DNA of 64,000 nucleotides from an uncultured Planctomycetota bacterium (GCA_963823665.1 CAWGMQ010000010.1:1600001-1664000); one strand, 5' to 3'; positions 9,228 through 18,963 are shown, counted from the first letter of the stretch. Numbers and translations are program-made. The notes: a model not told the origin generated them from the sequence alone.

Positions 9228-10556
9228 ATGACAGCGCCACCGGCCTCCGCCGAACGAGAATCGATCCTGGTCAGGATCGCTCTCTCGCCGCTCCGCGCCA
9301 TCGAACGGGCGCGGATGGCGCCGGTTCACGCTGCTGGCAGTCTACGCCGTTATCGCCCTCGTGATCGGGGCGTTCCTCTGGCGCCGCTCGGAGCTCGCCG
9401 GCTTGCCTGATGTCGGCGAGCCTTTTGACGTCGCTCCGTCGCGCTGGCCTGCGCCGATCTCCGGCGATCGCAATGCCTTTCCGTCGTATCAGCACGCCGC
9501 GGCGCGGTTTCAAGAAATGACCTCGCCGCACCGCAAGTCGTTCGAACGCGCCAACCTCTGGTGGATCTTCAGCGATTCAACACTGCGCGCCTGGGTCGCG
9601 GCAAACGATGAGGCGATCTCCTTGATGTGCACCGGCTCGGAACGGCCGGTGCTCGTTCCTGAAGCTCCCAAGAGCCTATCGGTGCAGGAAACAGAGACCG
9701 CCAATGCCGAGCTTGCAAGGCGGATCGGCTGGATCGGCGCGGCCGGTCTTCTCAAGGCCGGTCGCCTCCGCGCCGAAGGTGACAATTCCGGGGCTTGGAA
9801 GCTGCTCAAAGCCACCGCGCGTGCAAGCCGCCACATCGCGTGGGCCGCGCCTACGGCGAGAGGTCGTAGCCACGGAATCATGCTCGCTCAGTACGCCCGC
9901 CATCCGGTCGACGAATGGGCGCCGACGAGGCCACGACAGTTTCCATGTTGCGCCAGGCCCTTGACGACCTAGCAGCCGCCGAGGCTCTGACACCGCCGCT
10001 GAGTATCTTCTACCGCCGCGAATACCTGTTAGCACTCGAGTCATTGATGCAGCCGAAACCATGGTTCGCGAGTGAGCCCCGGCAGCCGGCAAACCATGCC
10101 CAGCGTCCGTTCTTCGCGCACCTGCCTGCGCTCGACGCTTTCATACACGCCGAGCCCGAGCGCAGCCGTCGGGTACTGAATCTGCTCGTTGCCAACGACC
10201 TCGCCTGGTGCGATCGACCGCTCCACGAGCGCCCTGCCGCGGCCGTTCCCACGCTTCAGATCTACGAGCCGGATCCCCGCGCACCGGAATCCGCACGCGC
10301 CCTCGTTCCCGCAGAGCTAGCCCGCTGGGCCGATTCCGCCCTGATCACGCCGGGGATCACCTGGCGGTTGGGCGAGCTCGAGGCGTGGGACCGCGTCGAT
10401 CGCTCGTCAATGCGTGAGCTCATCGAGTCGGTTGCGGTGTCGTTGTTCTACAAGGAGACGGGCCGTTGGCCATCCTCGCCGGCCGCGGCGTTCAAACGTT
10501 ATCGCCCCGGTCCAGACGACGCATCCGATCGCGACCAGACCATACCGCTGCCGTGA
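9228..10556 (+). CDS. Paralogue B2, split by two frameshifts (about 9312 and 9918)
   Basis: ORFs 9228-9410, 9361-9972 and 9915-10556 align consecutively with B1, and the total span equals B1 (1329 nt). Confidence 0.8.
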
Positions 10557-10678
10557 CCGCCGCTGCTTCAGTGGCAAAGCCCCGAAAACGCTCGTCCGAG
10601 GGGCGAGCGCTCCGGGGCTTGCGCGTGAATCCGATCTCTTGGCTGTCTGCTCATCTGAGAAGACAGCCAACACGCAGA

Positions 10679-11020
10679 TCAGAAGACGTCCAGAGCGAAA
10701 TGATGACCGCTGTACCAGCCCTTCTTGTTCCAGTCGTGCCAGCCGTGAGGGTGGCGGAGGACTCCGAAGATCCGGTAACCGCCGTAGTAGTTGCGGTAAT
10801 ACGGGCCTTGAATCTGAGGAACGATACGCTGTTCGCGAGGATAGCGATACCAGCCGTCGTAGAGTCCGTTATACTCGAATCCGTTCCCCGGGACTTGAGG
10901 CGGGACGTACGGCCAATGGAGATAATCGGTCCAGTCTTGCGCCTGGGCCGACTTCACTCCGCCAAAGGCGGAGAGTGCGAGAGCCAGAGCCCCCGCTTTG
11001 AGCCACGTGAAGCGAGACAC
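10679..11020 (-). CDS. Small secreted Tyr/Trp/Gly/His-rich protein (113 aa)
   Basis: GTG 11020 with GGAGG; signal peptide ending AQA; mature part DWTDYLHWPY...GWYSGHHFALDVF. Confidence 0.85.
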   Translation of the reverse strand: MSRFTWLKAGALALALSAFGGVKSAQAQDWTDYLHWPYVPPQVPGNGFEYNGLYDGWYRYPREQRIVPQIQGPYYRNYYGGYRIFGVLRHPHGWHDWNKKGWYSGHHFALDVF

Positions 11021-11128
11021 AATACACCTCCGTGTAGGGAACATTTTCCCAAACCGTGGCCAATATGCCACACGTTTGCCTCGCCTGTGAAAAAACACGC
11101 GACTTTCTCCCATCGGAAGGGACCAGTT

Positions 11129-12519
11129 ATGCCGGACACACCGCTTCGGGGTGAGAAACCACAAGGAACGATTGAACTACCCGCACGTGTCGAAGCCGCC
11201 CGCAGCGGTTCCCCGCACAAAGCTTCCCCCCCCTTAAAAAGGGGGGCCAGGGGGGGTGCATTCCGGTCGCCGTCGCATCAAGCTTTCCCTCCTTTAAAAG
11301 GAAGGGCCAGGGGGGGTGCATTCCGGTCGCCAATCTCTCAAAGCCAACGCGCACAAACGCAAACGCGGCCTCTCCTGCTCGCCTTCCTCTTCATCGCCCA
11401 AGCCTCCTTCCTCGTCCGCCCGCTCCACGCCCAGCAGTCTCCCACTCAAGAACCCGATGAGCAGCGCCTGCGCCAAATCGTCAAAGACCTGACCGCCCCT
11501 GAATTCGCCGGCCGCAGCGGCGCAGGGGGGCGAAAGGCCGCGGCATACCTCGTCGACCAATTTCGCTCGCTCAAGCTTGAGCCGCTTTTCAGCGGTGATT
11601 TCCAGCAGGCGATCCCGGGAAAGGAGCCCGGCTCAGTGATCGGGCACAACGTGGGTGCTCGCCTTGCAGGAACGGATCCTGCTCGCAAAGACGAATGTGT
11701 AATCCTGGCGGCGCATTTTGATCACCTCGGTGTGCGCAACGGCCGTCTGTATCCCGGCGCCGACGATAATGCTTCAGGCGTCGCCATGATGCTCGAAGTG
11801 GCGCGCACGATCGTCGAGTCGCCTCAGACGCCCAGGCGCAGCGTGATGTTCGTCGGCTTCGACCTCGAGGAGAACTCACTCTTCGGCTCGCGCTATTTCG
11901 TGGCCCACAGCCCTGTGCCGCTTGAGAAGGTCTCGCTCTTCATCACGGCCGACATGATCTCGCGGGCGCTGGCAGGTGTTTGCGAGCGCAGTGTCTTCGT
12001 CTTCGGCAGTGAGCAGGCACCGGGCCTGCGGCCGTGGATCGACGAGGCCGCCCGCGGCCGCGAGCTTTCAGTCGGCCTGATGGGAACCGATCTGCTCGTC
12101 CTCAACCGGAGCGACTACGGTCCGTTTCGCAGCAAGTCGATCCCGTTCTTGTTCTTCACGACCGGCGAAAATCCTCGCTACCACACAGTCAACGACACGC
12201 CTGAGACTCTTGATTATCCCAAGCTGACGGCAATCAGCCGCATGATCGGTCAAGTGGTGCGCAAGGCGGCCAACGCGGATGAAACCCCTCGCTGGCAATC
12301 AAGCCCCGACAATCCGTTCTCGGAGGCGGTCGCGATTCGCGACGTGCTCGAGACCCTGGCGAAGAACAGCGAGCGCCTCAAGATCGGCCGAGCGCAGCTC
12401 TTTGTGATCAACAACACGCTCGGCTTGCTCGACGCCGTAGTCAAACGCGGCACGATCACACCAGACGAGCGCGCCGCGTAATCCAGGCGTGCCGGTTCGT
12501 GCTGTTCACCGTGCTCTGA
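11129..12519 (+). CDS. M28 family metallopeptidase (probable frameshift near 12478; the ORF track stops at 12481)
   Basis: Motifs AHFDH, GADDNASG, FDLEE, SDY, YHT..D; a signal-like segment precedes the domain; an alternative frame continues VIQACRFVLFTVL*. Start uncertain. Confidence 0.88.
11220..11331 (+). repeat. Two palindromic REP-like units (CCCCCCTTAAAAAGGGGGG...GGGGGGTGCATTCCGGTCGCC), period 60 bp
   Basis: Lines 11221 and 11281 are near-identical. Confidence 0.9.
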
Positions 12520-12677
12520 ACGGCGGCTCGTGATCCCGGGATCGCGACGCTGGCGCGTTGAAAAACTCCAGCCCGCCTACAGACGTTGGTATCACTTCAT
12601 CACACGGCGCGTTCCACAACGAAAACTCACTTGAAGACTTTCCTAAGCATTTGTCCTTCAAGTTAAGGAACGCTGCG

Positions 12678-12806
12678 ATGCTGCGTCGACGAGTTACGGT
12701 GCTTGAGTTCCTTCTTCTCGCGGCAATTCTAGGTTTGGCCTGCACGATGCCGGTCCAGTGCTACCGGGCGGTGCGCGAGGGCGATTACCGGGCTTCTGCG
12801 GAATAG
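12678..12806 (+). CDS. 42-aa ORF resembling a degenerate prepilin-type N-terminal helix
   Basis: MLRRRVTVLEFLLLAAILGLACTMPVQCYRAVRE resembles RRGFTLIELLVVIAII...PAVQAARE but lacks the G/F cleavage site; AAGGA upstream. Confidence 0.35.
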   Translation: MLRRRVTVLEFLLLAAILGLACTMPVQCYRAVREGDYRASAE

Positions 12807-13136
12807 ATGTGGCGCTGCCCAGTGGAAGATCGCCGCAAGGTCGATTCATCAAGTAAGGGCATGCTCTAGGGCTTCTCACTTGGAAACTACCTGCTCCTGG
12901 TCGAATACACCGGTCGCCTCTTCCGCGACGGCAAAGCCGTCACCTCGGCCGAGCTATCCGGAATCCTCGAACGAATCGGCTAGAACGCCGATTGCTGGTG
13001 GGCTCGCATCGGGAAACTGAGCAACGGCCGCCTACTGGGCCGGTCCTTCGCCGCCAGTCGCGCACGCCTGCGCGAAGTCGCCGTGCGCCTCGGCGTCCAC
13101 CACCTGGCCAACCTCGCCGGGCGCCCGGCACGATAA
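12807..13136 (+). pseudogene. C-terminal fragment of a probable Y1/HUH (RAYT-like) transposase
   Basis: WRCPVEDRR..GML*GFSLGNYLLLVEYTGRLFRDGK...RIG*NADCWWARI..GRLLGRSFAASRARLREVA..LGVHHLANL, with two in-frame TAGs (12867, 12981). Family assigned from recollection of the YLxLVd/eYTGR motif. Confidence 0.6.
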
Positions 13137-13328
13137 ACAACCTTTGACCGCGCCAGGGTGAGGCGCCCGCCGTGCCGGGCTCGCATTCGCCTCGCCGCCA
13201 AACGACTGGCCCGGCATCGTCCAGTGCCTTCGCGACGGCGTGCCTTGCATTCACTCGCCGGTTCGTTTTCGCGTATAATGCCTGCGGACGATCCTTCCGT
13301 CAGACCTGGACCGCCGGAGGCCGGCTTC

Positions 13329-14057
13329 ATGGCCACCAGAACGCGACCGCACAAGCCGTCGGATCCACCTGGGGTCACGGGTAATGGCTCGACCCCACCG
13401 CTGCAAAATGGCGATCGCCTGACCCGCGATGAGTTCGAAAGACGCTACGACGCGATGCCCGAGCTGAAGAAGGCCGAGCTGATCGAAGGAGAAGTGTACG
13501 TGTCGTCACCCGTCAGCCAGCGACGTCATGGAAGGCAACACTCGCATCTCAATTTCTGGCTGTGTGCTTACGAGGGTCGCACACCCGGCGTCGAGGTGGG
13601 CGACAATAGCACCGTTCGACTCGACCTGAAAAACATGCCCCAGCCGGACTGCCTTTTGTTCATCCAGCCGGAGCACGGAGGAAAGGTGCGGATTGGTGAG
13701 GCTGGTTTTATCGAAGGCGCTCCAGACCTGGTCGCCGAAGTGGCTGCAACGAACGCCAGTTACGACCTGGGCAAGAAGCTCGATGCGTTCCATCGCAACG
13801 GCGTGCGCGAATACATCGTCTGGCGCGTCCTCGACCGCGAGATCGACTTGTTCGTGCGCCGAAAGACACGATTCACGCCCCTCGCGCCCGCCGCTGATCG
13901 CACGCTGCGCAGCACGGTCTTCCCTGGACTATGGCTTGATCCCGCGGCGCTCGTGCGCGGAGTCGTGTACGCGGTATTCGCGCTTGTTCAACAAGGTCTG
14001 AGCTCCCCTGAGCACGCCGCCTTCGTGGCGCGATTGGAGAAAGCCCGGCGAGCTTGA
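13329..14057 (+). CDS. Uma2/DUF820 family PD-(D/E)xK endonuclease-like protein
   Basis: LQNGDRLTRDEFERRY, AELIEG, QPD, GAPDLVAEVA, GVREYIVW, FPGLWLD; GGAGG RBS. Confidence 0.92.
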   Translation: MATRTRPHKPSDPPGVTGNGSTPPLQNGDRLTRDEFERRYDAMPELKKAELIEGEVYVSSPVSQRRHGRQHSHLNFWLCAYEGRTPGVEVGDNSTVRLDLKNMPQPDCLLFIQPEHGGKVRIGEAGFIEGAPDLVAEVAATNASYDLGKKLDAFHRNGVREYIVWRVLDREIDLFVRRKTRFTPLAPAADRTLRSTVFPGLWLDPAALVRGVVYAVFALVQQGLSSPEHAAFVARLEKARRA

Positions 14058-14229
14058 TTTCCGTGAAGAGCGCGTTGACTCCGCCCGGGTGCCGAGGACT
14101 CGCCTTGAATATGCCATCTTGGTTTATTCGGCGATGCGTGCTGCTGCGCTCGCCGCCCCGGCGAAACAATCAGGTATAATGCCCTCCGACGAGACCTCAC
14201 GCGGAAACCGACTTGCGGAGTTCGGATTC

Positions 14230-14898
14230 ATGGCCAGTTCCGTCCCGAATGTCGCCATTCCCCCGCTGGTGCACGGCGACCGCCTCACCCGCGCCGAGTT
14301 CGAGCGGCGATACGATGCGATGCCCTGGGTCAAGAAAGCCGAGCTGATCGAAGGAGAGGTTTTCATGCCCTCACCTGTCCGGCATGGGCAGCACAGCTAT
14401 CCGCATAGCCTGGTTGTTGGCTGGCTTGTCTACTACGCCGTCAATACACCCGGCGTGCAATCGGGCGATAATGGTAGCATTCGACTCGACCTCGACAACG
14501 AACCCCAGCCGGACGCCTATTTGATCATACCGCCCGATCACGGCGGCCAAGTATTCATCAGCGAGGATGATTACATCGAGGGTGCGCCCGATCTGGTTGC
14601 AGAAATCGCGTCCAGCAGTGCCAGTTACGACCTGGGCAAGAAGCGGGTCGCCTACGAGCGCACCGGCGTTCGCGAGTATATCGTTTGGCGCGTGCTCGAC
14701 CGTCAGATCGACTGGTTCGTAAATCGTGATGGCCGATTCGAGCCGATTCCCCGGGCGGCCGACGGGGTCTTGCGCAGTGCCGTTTTTCCGGGCCTGTGGC
14801 TCGACACCGATGCACTCCTGCGCGGCGACAACGCCGCCGCCTTCCTGGTCCTGCAACAAGGCCTGGGCTCTCCCGAGCACGCCGAGTTCGTGGCGTGA
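14230..14898 (+). CDS. Uma2/DUF820 family protein, tandem paralogue
   Basis: Same motifs; C-terminus is a few residues shorter than copy 1. Confidence 0.92.
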   Translation: MASSVPNVAIPPLVHGDRLTRAEFERRYDAMPWVKKAELIEGEVFMPSPVRHGQHSYPHSLVVGWLVYYAVNTPGVQSGDNGSIRLDLDNEPQPDAYLIIPPDHGGQVFISEDDYIEGAPDLVAEIASSSASYDLGKKRVAYERTGVREYIVWRVLDRQIDWFVNRDGRFEPIPRAADGVLRSAVFPGLWLDTDALLRGDNAAAFLVLQQGLGSPEHAEFVA

Positions 14899-14950
14899 TT
14901 GGCGAAATCCGGGGCATCGTGAATTCGTGCCAGCACACGGACGTGAAAGC

Positions 14951-15211
14951 TCATTGCCGTGCGGACAAGCCGTATCGGTGGCGAAGTTCCTTCAGGAATT
15001 CACGCGCTGGGATACCCTCATCGCCCGCCCGCATGTCATCGAGAGCGTCTCGCACCGCGTCCGCCGAGGCCGCTTCGTCCTCCGCACTGCGATTCTCGTA
15101 CTCCCAATGTGCGAGGGCTTCATCCGACGTCAGGCCCACGCCGCCGCCCGGCAGCTTCTCTTCGACGAAACTCTTGAACGCGCTAAGGTCATTGATGCGT
15201 TCGATGTTCAT
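14951..15211 (-). CDS. Putative antitoxin (RelE/ParE-partner type), followed by a toxin stub
   Basis: 86 aa, acidic, AVRDALDDMRAGDEGIPAREFLKELR; the stop overlaps ATG of MSFHVRVLAR (14954), which resembles a ParE/RelE N-terminus and then runs into the Uma2 3' end. Confidence 0.6.
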   Translation of the reverse strand: MNIERINDLSAFKSFVEEKLPGGGVGLTSDEALAHWEYENRSAEDEAASADAVRDALDDMRAGDEGIPAREFLKELRHRYGLSARQ

Positions 15212-15286
15212 TCCCGTGTGCCCGTTTCATAGCTTCCACAATACCGACGCGCGGGAAACCCGTCGAGAACGATGCTCCCGGATCTC

Positions 15287-17227
15287 TCACCGCCGCGGCG
15301 CGGGATCCAGCTCAGGTGCCGGCACCGGCGCGAATGGCCCGCCTGCGGCGCCGCCGGGCTCCATCCGCGGAAAGTCGGGAAGCTCGAGTAAGCGCTGGAG
15401 CCCGGGCGCGGTGAGCAGGTCGAACGGATCGACGTTCTCCGGTGCGGGCGTCACCTCGCCTTGAGTCTGGGCCGCGCTCGTGCGTGCCGAAAGAAATGCC
15501 GCCCAGGCCTGCGCCGGCGTGGCGATCTTCTCGAAAACGGGACCGAGCGGCGTGTCTTCGACACGCAAGGTCGAAGTGCCGGTGTTCGCGACGATATAGC
15601 TGATGATCTGCCTTGCCTGGTCCTGGTTGCCCTGGCCCCAGCGGATCAGCGCGCGGATGCTCAGAATCGTGAAACGGTGGTCGAAGTCGGTCGTTTGCCG
15701 GTCGAGAGCATCCAGGTCGGCTGCGGCGGCCTGAAGGTCGCCGCGAAGATAGTCGAAGAGCAGGCGGGCCTCGTCGTCACTTTCGGCCGCGGCGGCTTCG
15801 TCCGGCTTGCCGCGGGCGGGTAGCAGTGCTTCGCCGAGCAGAGCGATGCGGCCCAGACGGGCGGACACGTTGGCCTGACCCGCAAGCTCGTTGGGCAGCG
15901 GGAAGATTGCCGCTCGCTCGAAAGTCTGGCCGTCGACGACAACCGGTGGCAGAGCGGCTCTCAGCACCCGAGCCGCCGTGGTCGTCAGAATCTTCAGCCA
16001 TGCCCGCCGCGCGTCGTCGTCGGGAACAAGCAGCCGGGTTTGTTCGGCCTCGCCGTCGTAGAGCGCCGGGTGCGAGAGGGCATCGGGATCGCCGAACCGC
16101 ACGGCGACCGAGCGGCCGTCGGGCGAGAGCGAAACCGCGGCGATTCGCAGGCTCGGGTCGAGCGGATGGAACGGGCGGCGACTCCCGGGGTCTTTTACCA
16201 GGGTCCGGACCAGCTCGGATTCTCGGTTTTCCAGATCCGCCGAGTGATAGCTCACCTCGGCTTCCTTGTCGAAATCGATGGCCACGCCGCGCAGCTTCGC
16301 GACTCGCCGCACCGGGTCCGGCACCAGTTTCATCAGTTCTCCCGGCTCGGTCGCGTCGAGCGCGCACCGCACCAGCTCGAACTCGCGCGAACGGCTCGTC
16401 GTCATCTCTGCGACGACCAGGATCGATCGGCCGTCGGCGTCCCAGAACGGAGCGGTGGTCACCGGGCCGGTCGCAATCAATTCGCGCGGCTCGCTGAAGC
16501 CGAGGCCGCGCGGGCTCACGACTTCCAGGCTGTGATTGCCGATCCCACGCCGGATGTAGGCGCACATCGCGCCGGACGGCGACCACGCCGGCAAGATGCC
16601 GTGATCGAGGATGTGCACCCGCTTTCCGGTATCCATCCGGATGATGTCGATCGAAGGAACCTTGCTCGGCCGGGGTACGGCCAGGAACTGTCCCGCCGCG
16701 CTCCACGCAGAGCGATGGCCCGGCAGCGCGGCTCTGGTCTCTTCATCGAGCACAAATTCCGGTGAGGTCCAGATGACCTTTTTCTCGTCCAGGCTCCTCT
16801 GAACAATCACTTCCAGCCGGCCGGTCTGGCTCTCTCCGGCCAGGCCGCCCGATTCGGGCACGAAACGGCTATAAGCAAGCGATCGGCCCAGCGGCCCCCA
16901 CGCCGGCGCCGAAAGCGGCCACCGCGATTGCTCGATCAAGACGTTCGCCCCCGAATTCTGGTCGATAGCCCAGATCCGATACACCCCGGGCCTGGCCGGT
17001 TCTTTCCGGCTGTCAACTCGCCCGCGCGGCGAATCCATATTCGGAGCGGCCGCACCCAGCAGCCAGCCGCGCGGGAGCGGCTCGGCTGGACCGTCCAGGC
17101 TGGTATACGCCAGCCACCTGGAATCCGGCGACCACGACATCGATGAATTCATCCACGCGGCGCCCGAGGCAGCCGCCACGAAGTGGATGGCAGCCAAGCA
17201 GAGAAGCCGGACAAAGGCGATCTTCAT
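15287..17227 (-). CDS. Secreted TolB/PD40-like beta-propeller protein with helical C-terminal region
   Basis: Signal peptide; repeats SWSPDSRWLAY, PAWGPLGRSLAY, PAWSPSG, SLSPDGRSVAV. Confidence 0.8.
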   Translation of the reverse strand: MKIAFVRLLCLAAIHFVAAASGAAWMNSSMSWSPDSRWLAYTSLDGPAEPLPRGWLLGAAAPNMDSPRGRVDSRKEPARPGVYRIWAIDQNSGANVLIEQSRWPLSAPAWGPLGRSLAYSRFVPESGGLAGESQTGRLEVIVQRSLDEKKVIWTSPEFVLDEETRAALPGHRSAWSAAGQFLAVPRPSKVPSIDIIRMDTGKRVHILDHGILPAWSPSGAMCAYIRRGIGNHSLEVVSPRGLGFSEPRELIATGPVTTAPFWDADGRSILVVAEMTTSRSREFELVRCALDATEPGELMKLVPDPVRRVAKLRGVAIDFDKEAEVSYHSADLENRESELVRTLVKDPGSRRPFHPLDPSLRIAAVSLSPDGRSVAVRFGDPDALSHPALYDGEAEQTRLLVPDDDARRAWLKILTTTAARVLRAALPPVVVDGQTFERAAIFPLPNELAGQANVSARLGRIALLGEALLPARGKPDEAAAAESDDEARLLFDYLRGDLQAAAADLDALDRQTTDFDHRFTILSIRALIRWGQGNQDQARQIISYIVANTGTSTLRVEDTPLGPVFEKIATPAQAWAAFLSARTSAAQTQGEVTPAPENVDPFDLLTAPGLQRLLELPDFPRMEPGGAAGGPFAPVPAPELDPAPRR

Positions 17228-17696
17228 GAAATCGTTCCCGTGGAGGTAAACGATCTGGCCCGCCGATGGGAATGCGCCGCGCCGGAGGGATTTCCGGCCT
17301 CCCGCGAGATCCAATCGCGATGCTGGCTCATCGGGAGGACGCGTGCGCTCACAAACAGTATATCCCGCAGCCGCGCTCGTGGATAGCGATTGCGGCCCTA
17401 CTGCCGTTCCGTGCGATTCACTCGCGCCTCATCTTTTTCGGTGCACAAACGATACGGCGAAAAAGACATGGAAATAATCAGCGGGATCGCCGCCTGTCTG
17501 ATTGTACGTGATATAAGTAACGTAACGAGTTACGTCGATGAACTTTCACGGAGCCACCCGCGTGCCTATTGAACGTTGGGACGCATTCTTGCTAAATTGC
17601 TCCATCAAAAATGCCATACGAGTGTATCGGCGCGAATTCGTTTCGGAGTGGCTGTCTTGGCTTTAGGGTGAAATCAGGCTTCCCTCGGGTGCTTCC

Positions 17697-18269
17697 ATGC
17701 GATTTGTGTTGATCGATCGGATCATCGACGTTCAGACGACGCGATGCCGCCTTGCCGGGGCTGACCGGGTTGCCAGTCCCGGGCCTTCGCTAGTCGGGAT
17801 AAAGAATCTCTCCCTGGCGGAGGAGTATTTGAGCGACCACTTTCCGGGGTTTCCGGTCATGCCCGGGGTGCTGATGCTGGAAGCGCTCACGCAGGCGGGG
17901 GCCTGGTTGATCCGCGAGCTCGAGGATTTTTCGCACAGTATCATCGTGTTGAAACAAGCCAAGACGATCAAATATGGGAGCTTTGTCGAGCCTGGGCGAC
18001 AGCTCGAGCTGCGCGTCGAGCTGACCGAATTTGACGAGCACGATTGCACGTTCAAGGGAGTGGGGCTGATCGACTCTCAAGAGATGGTCAAGGGACGCTT
18101 CATCCTGACCAGATACAACTTGCGAGACAAGGACGCCGAGCTCCACACGACTGATACGTCCATCGTCGCGGGCCTTCGCGACCTCTACTCCACCCTGAGG
18201 AAAGGCTCGGTCGGGGCCAGGGCGATCGCTCGGAAGCCGGATGCCGTGGAGATCCGTACACCTGTCTAG
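17697..18269 (+). CDS. fabZ: 3-hydroxyacyl-ACP dehydratase, FabZ family (copy 1)
   Basis: MRFVLIDRI, KNLSLAEEYLSDHFPGFPVMPGVLMLEALTQ; catalytic His/Glu present. Confidence 0.9.
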   Translation: MRFVLIDRIIDVQTTRCRLAGADRVASPGPSLVGIKNLSLAEEYLSDHFPGFPVMPGVLMLEALTQAGAWLIRELEDFSHSIIVLKQAKTIKYGSFVEPGRQLELRVELTEFDEHDCTFKGVGLIDSQEMVKGRFILTRYNLRDKDAELHTTDTSIVAGLRDLYSTLRKGSVGARAIARKPDAVEIRTPV

Positions 18270-18535
18270 GACGCAGCGTGGCTGCGCACGGGCTTTGCTT
18301 GATGATGTTGCAACGATTCGCCATTTTGCTCATGATGTGCCGGATTCCGGCCCCGTTGCCGGGAGGACGACTCCCCGGGGTCAGTGTGCGCAACGACATT
18401 CCCCCGCGTTCGCCCATATGAAGTTCGACACATCGTTTCGCCGACGATTAAGAGAGGCGACTTGATCTTCGGCAACCTGGAAGTGGGTTTCGGTGTGGGA
18501 TCGGGAGGGGACCCCATCTTGTTCTTGAGGAAAAT

Positions 18536-18925
18536 ATGCCGACATACGACGAGATTTTCGGGAAAGTTCAGGCCACACTGGTCGACGCCTTGGGTGTGGA
18601 CGAGGACGAAGTCACCCGCGCCGCGACACTGGTAGGCGATCTGGGCGCCGAATCGATCGATTTTCTGGACATCGTGTTCCGTCTCGAGCGCAACTTCGGA
18701 ATCAAAATTCCGCGTGGCGAGCTCTTCCCGGAGAACCTGATGGCCGACCCGGAATGGGTCGCCGACGGCAAGCTCACGGGCAAAGGTGTCGATGAGCTCA
18801 AGTCGCGCCTACCGTTCGCTGACCTCTCCAAGCTCGAGGAGAATCCCGCGGTCGATCGGATCGGGGATCTTTACACAGTGGACATGCTTGTCCAATATGT
18901 GCAGAGCAAGCTGGTCGCTGCCTGA
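18536..18925 (+). CDS. Acyl carrier protein, extended (129 aa), AcpXL-like
   Basis: DLGAESIDFLDIVFRLERNFGIKIP carries the phosphopantetheine Ser; about 45-50 extra residues precede the terminal TVDMLVQYV helix. Confidence 0.92.
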   Translation: MPTYDEIFGKVQATLVDALGVDEDEVTRAATLVGDLGAESIDFLDIVFRLERNFGIKIPRGELFPENLMADPEWVADGKLTGKGVDELKSRLPFADLSKLEENPAVDRIGDLYTVDMLVQYVQSKLVAA

Positions 18926-18963
18926 ATTTCCGTTTTGCCTCTCCCTGCCTGGTGCCCTCCGCA

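Noticed and set aside
10466..11128. N-terminal 221 aa of the 671-aa ORF 10466-12481
   Set aside because: It is the antisense shadow of the secreted-protein gene at 10679-11020 and overlaps B2; peptidase similarity starts only after about 11430.
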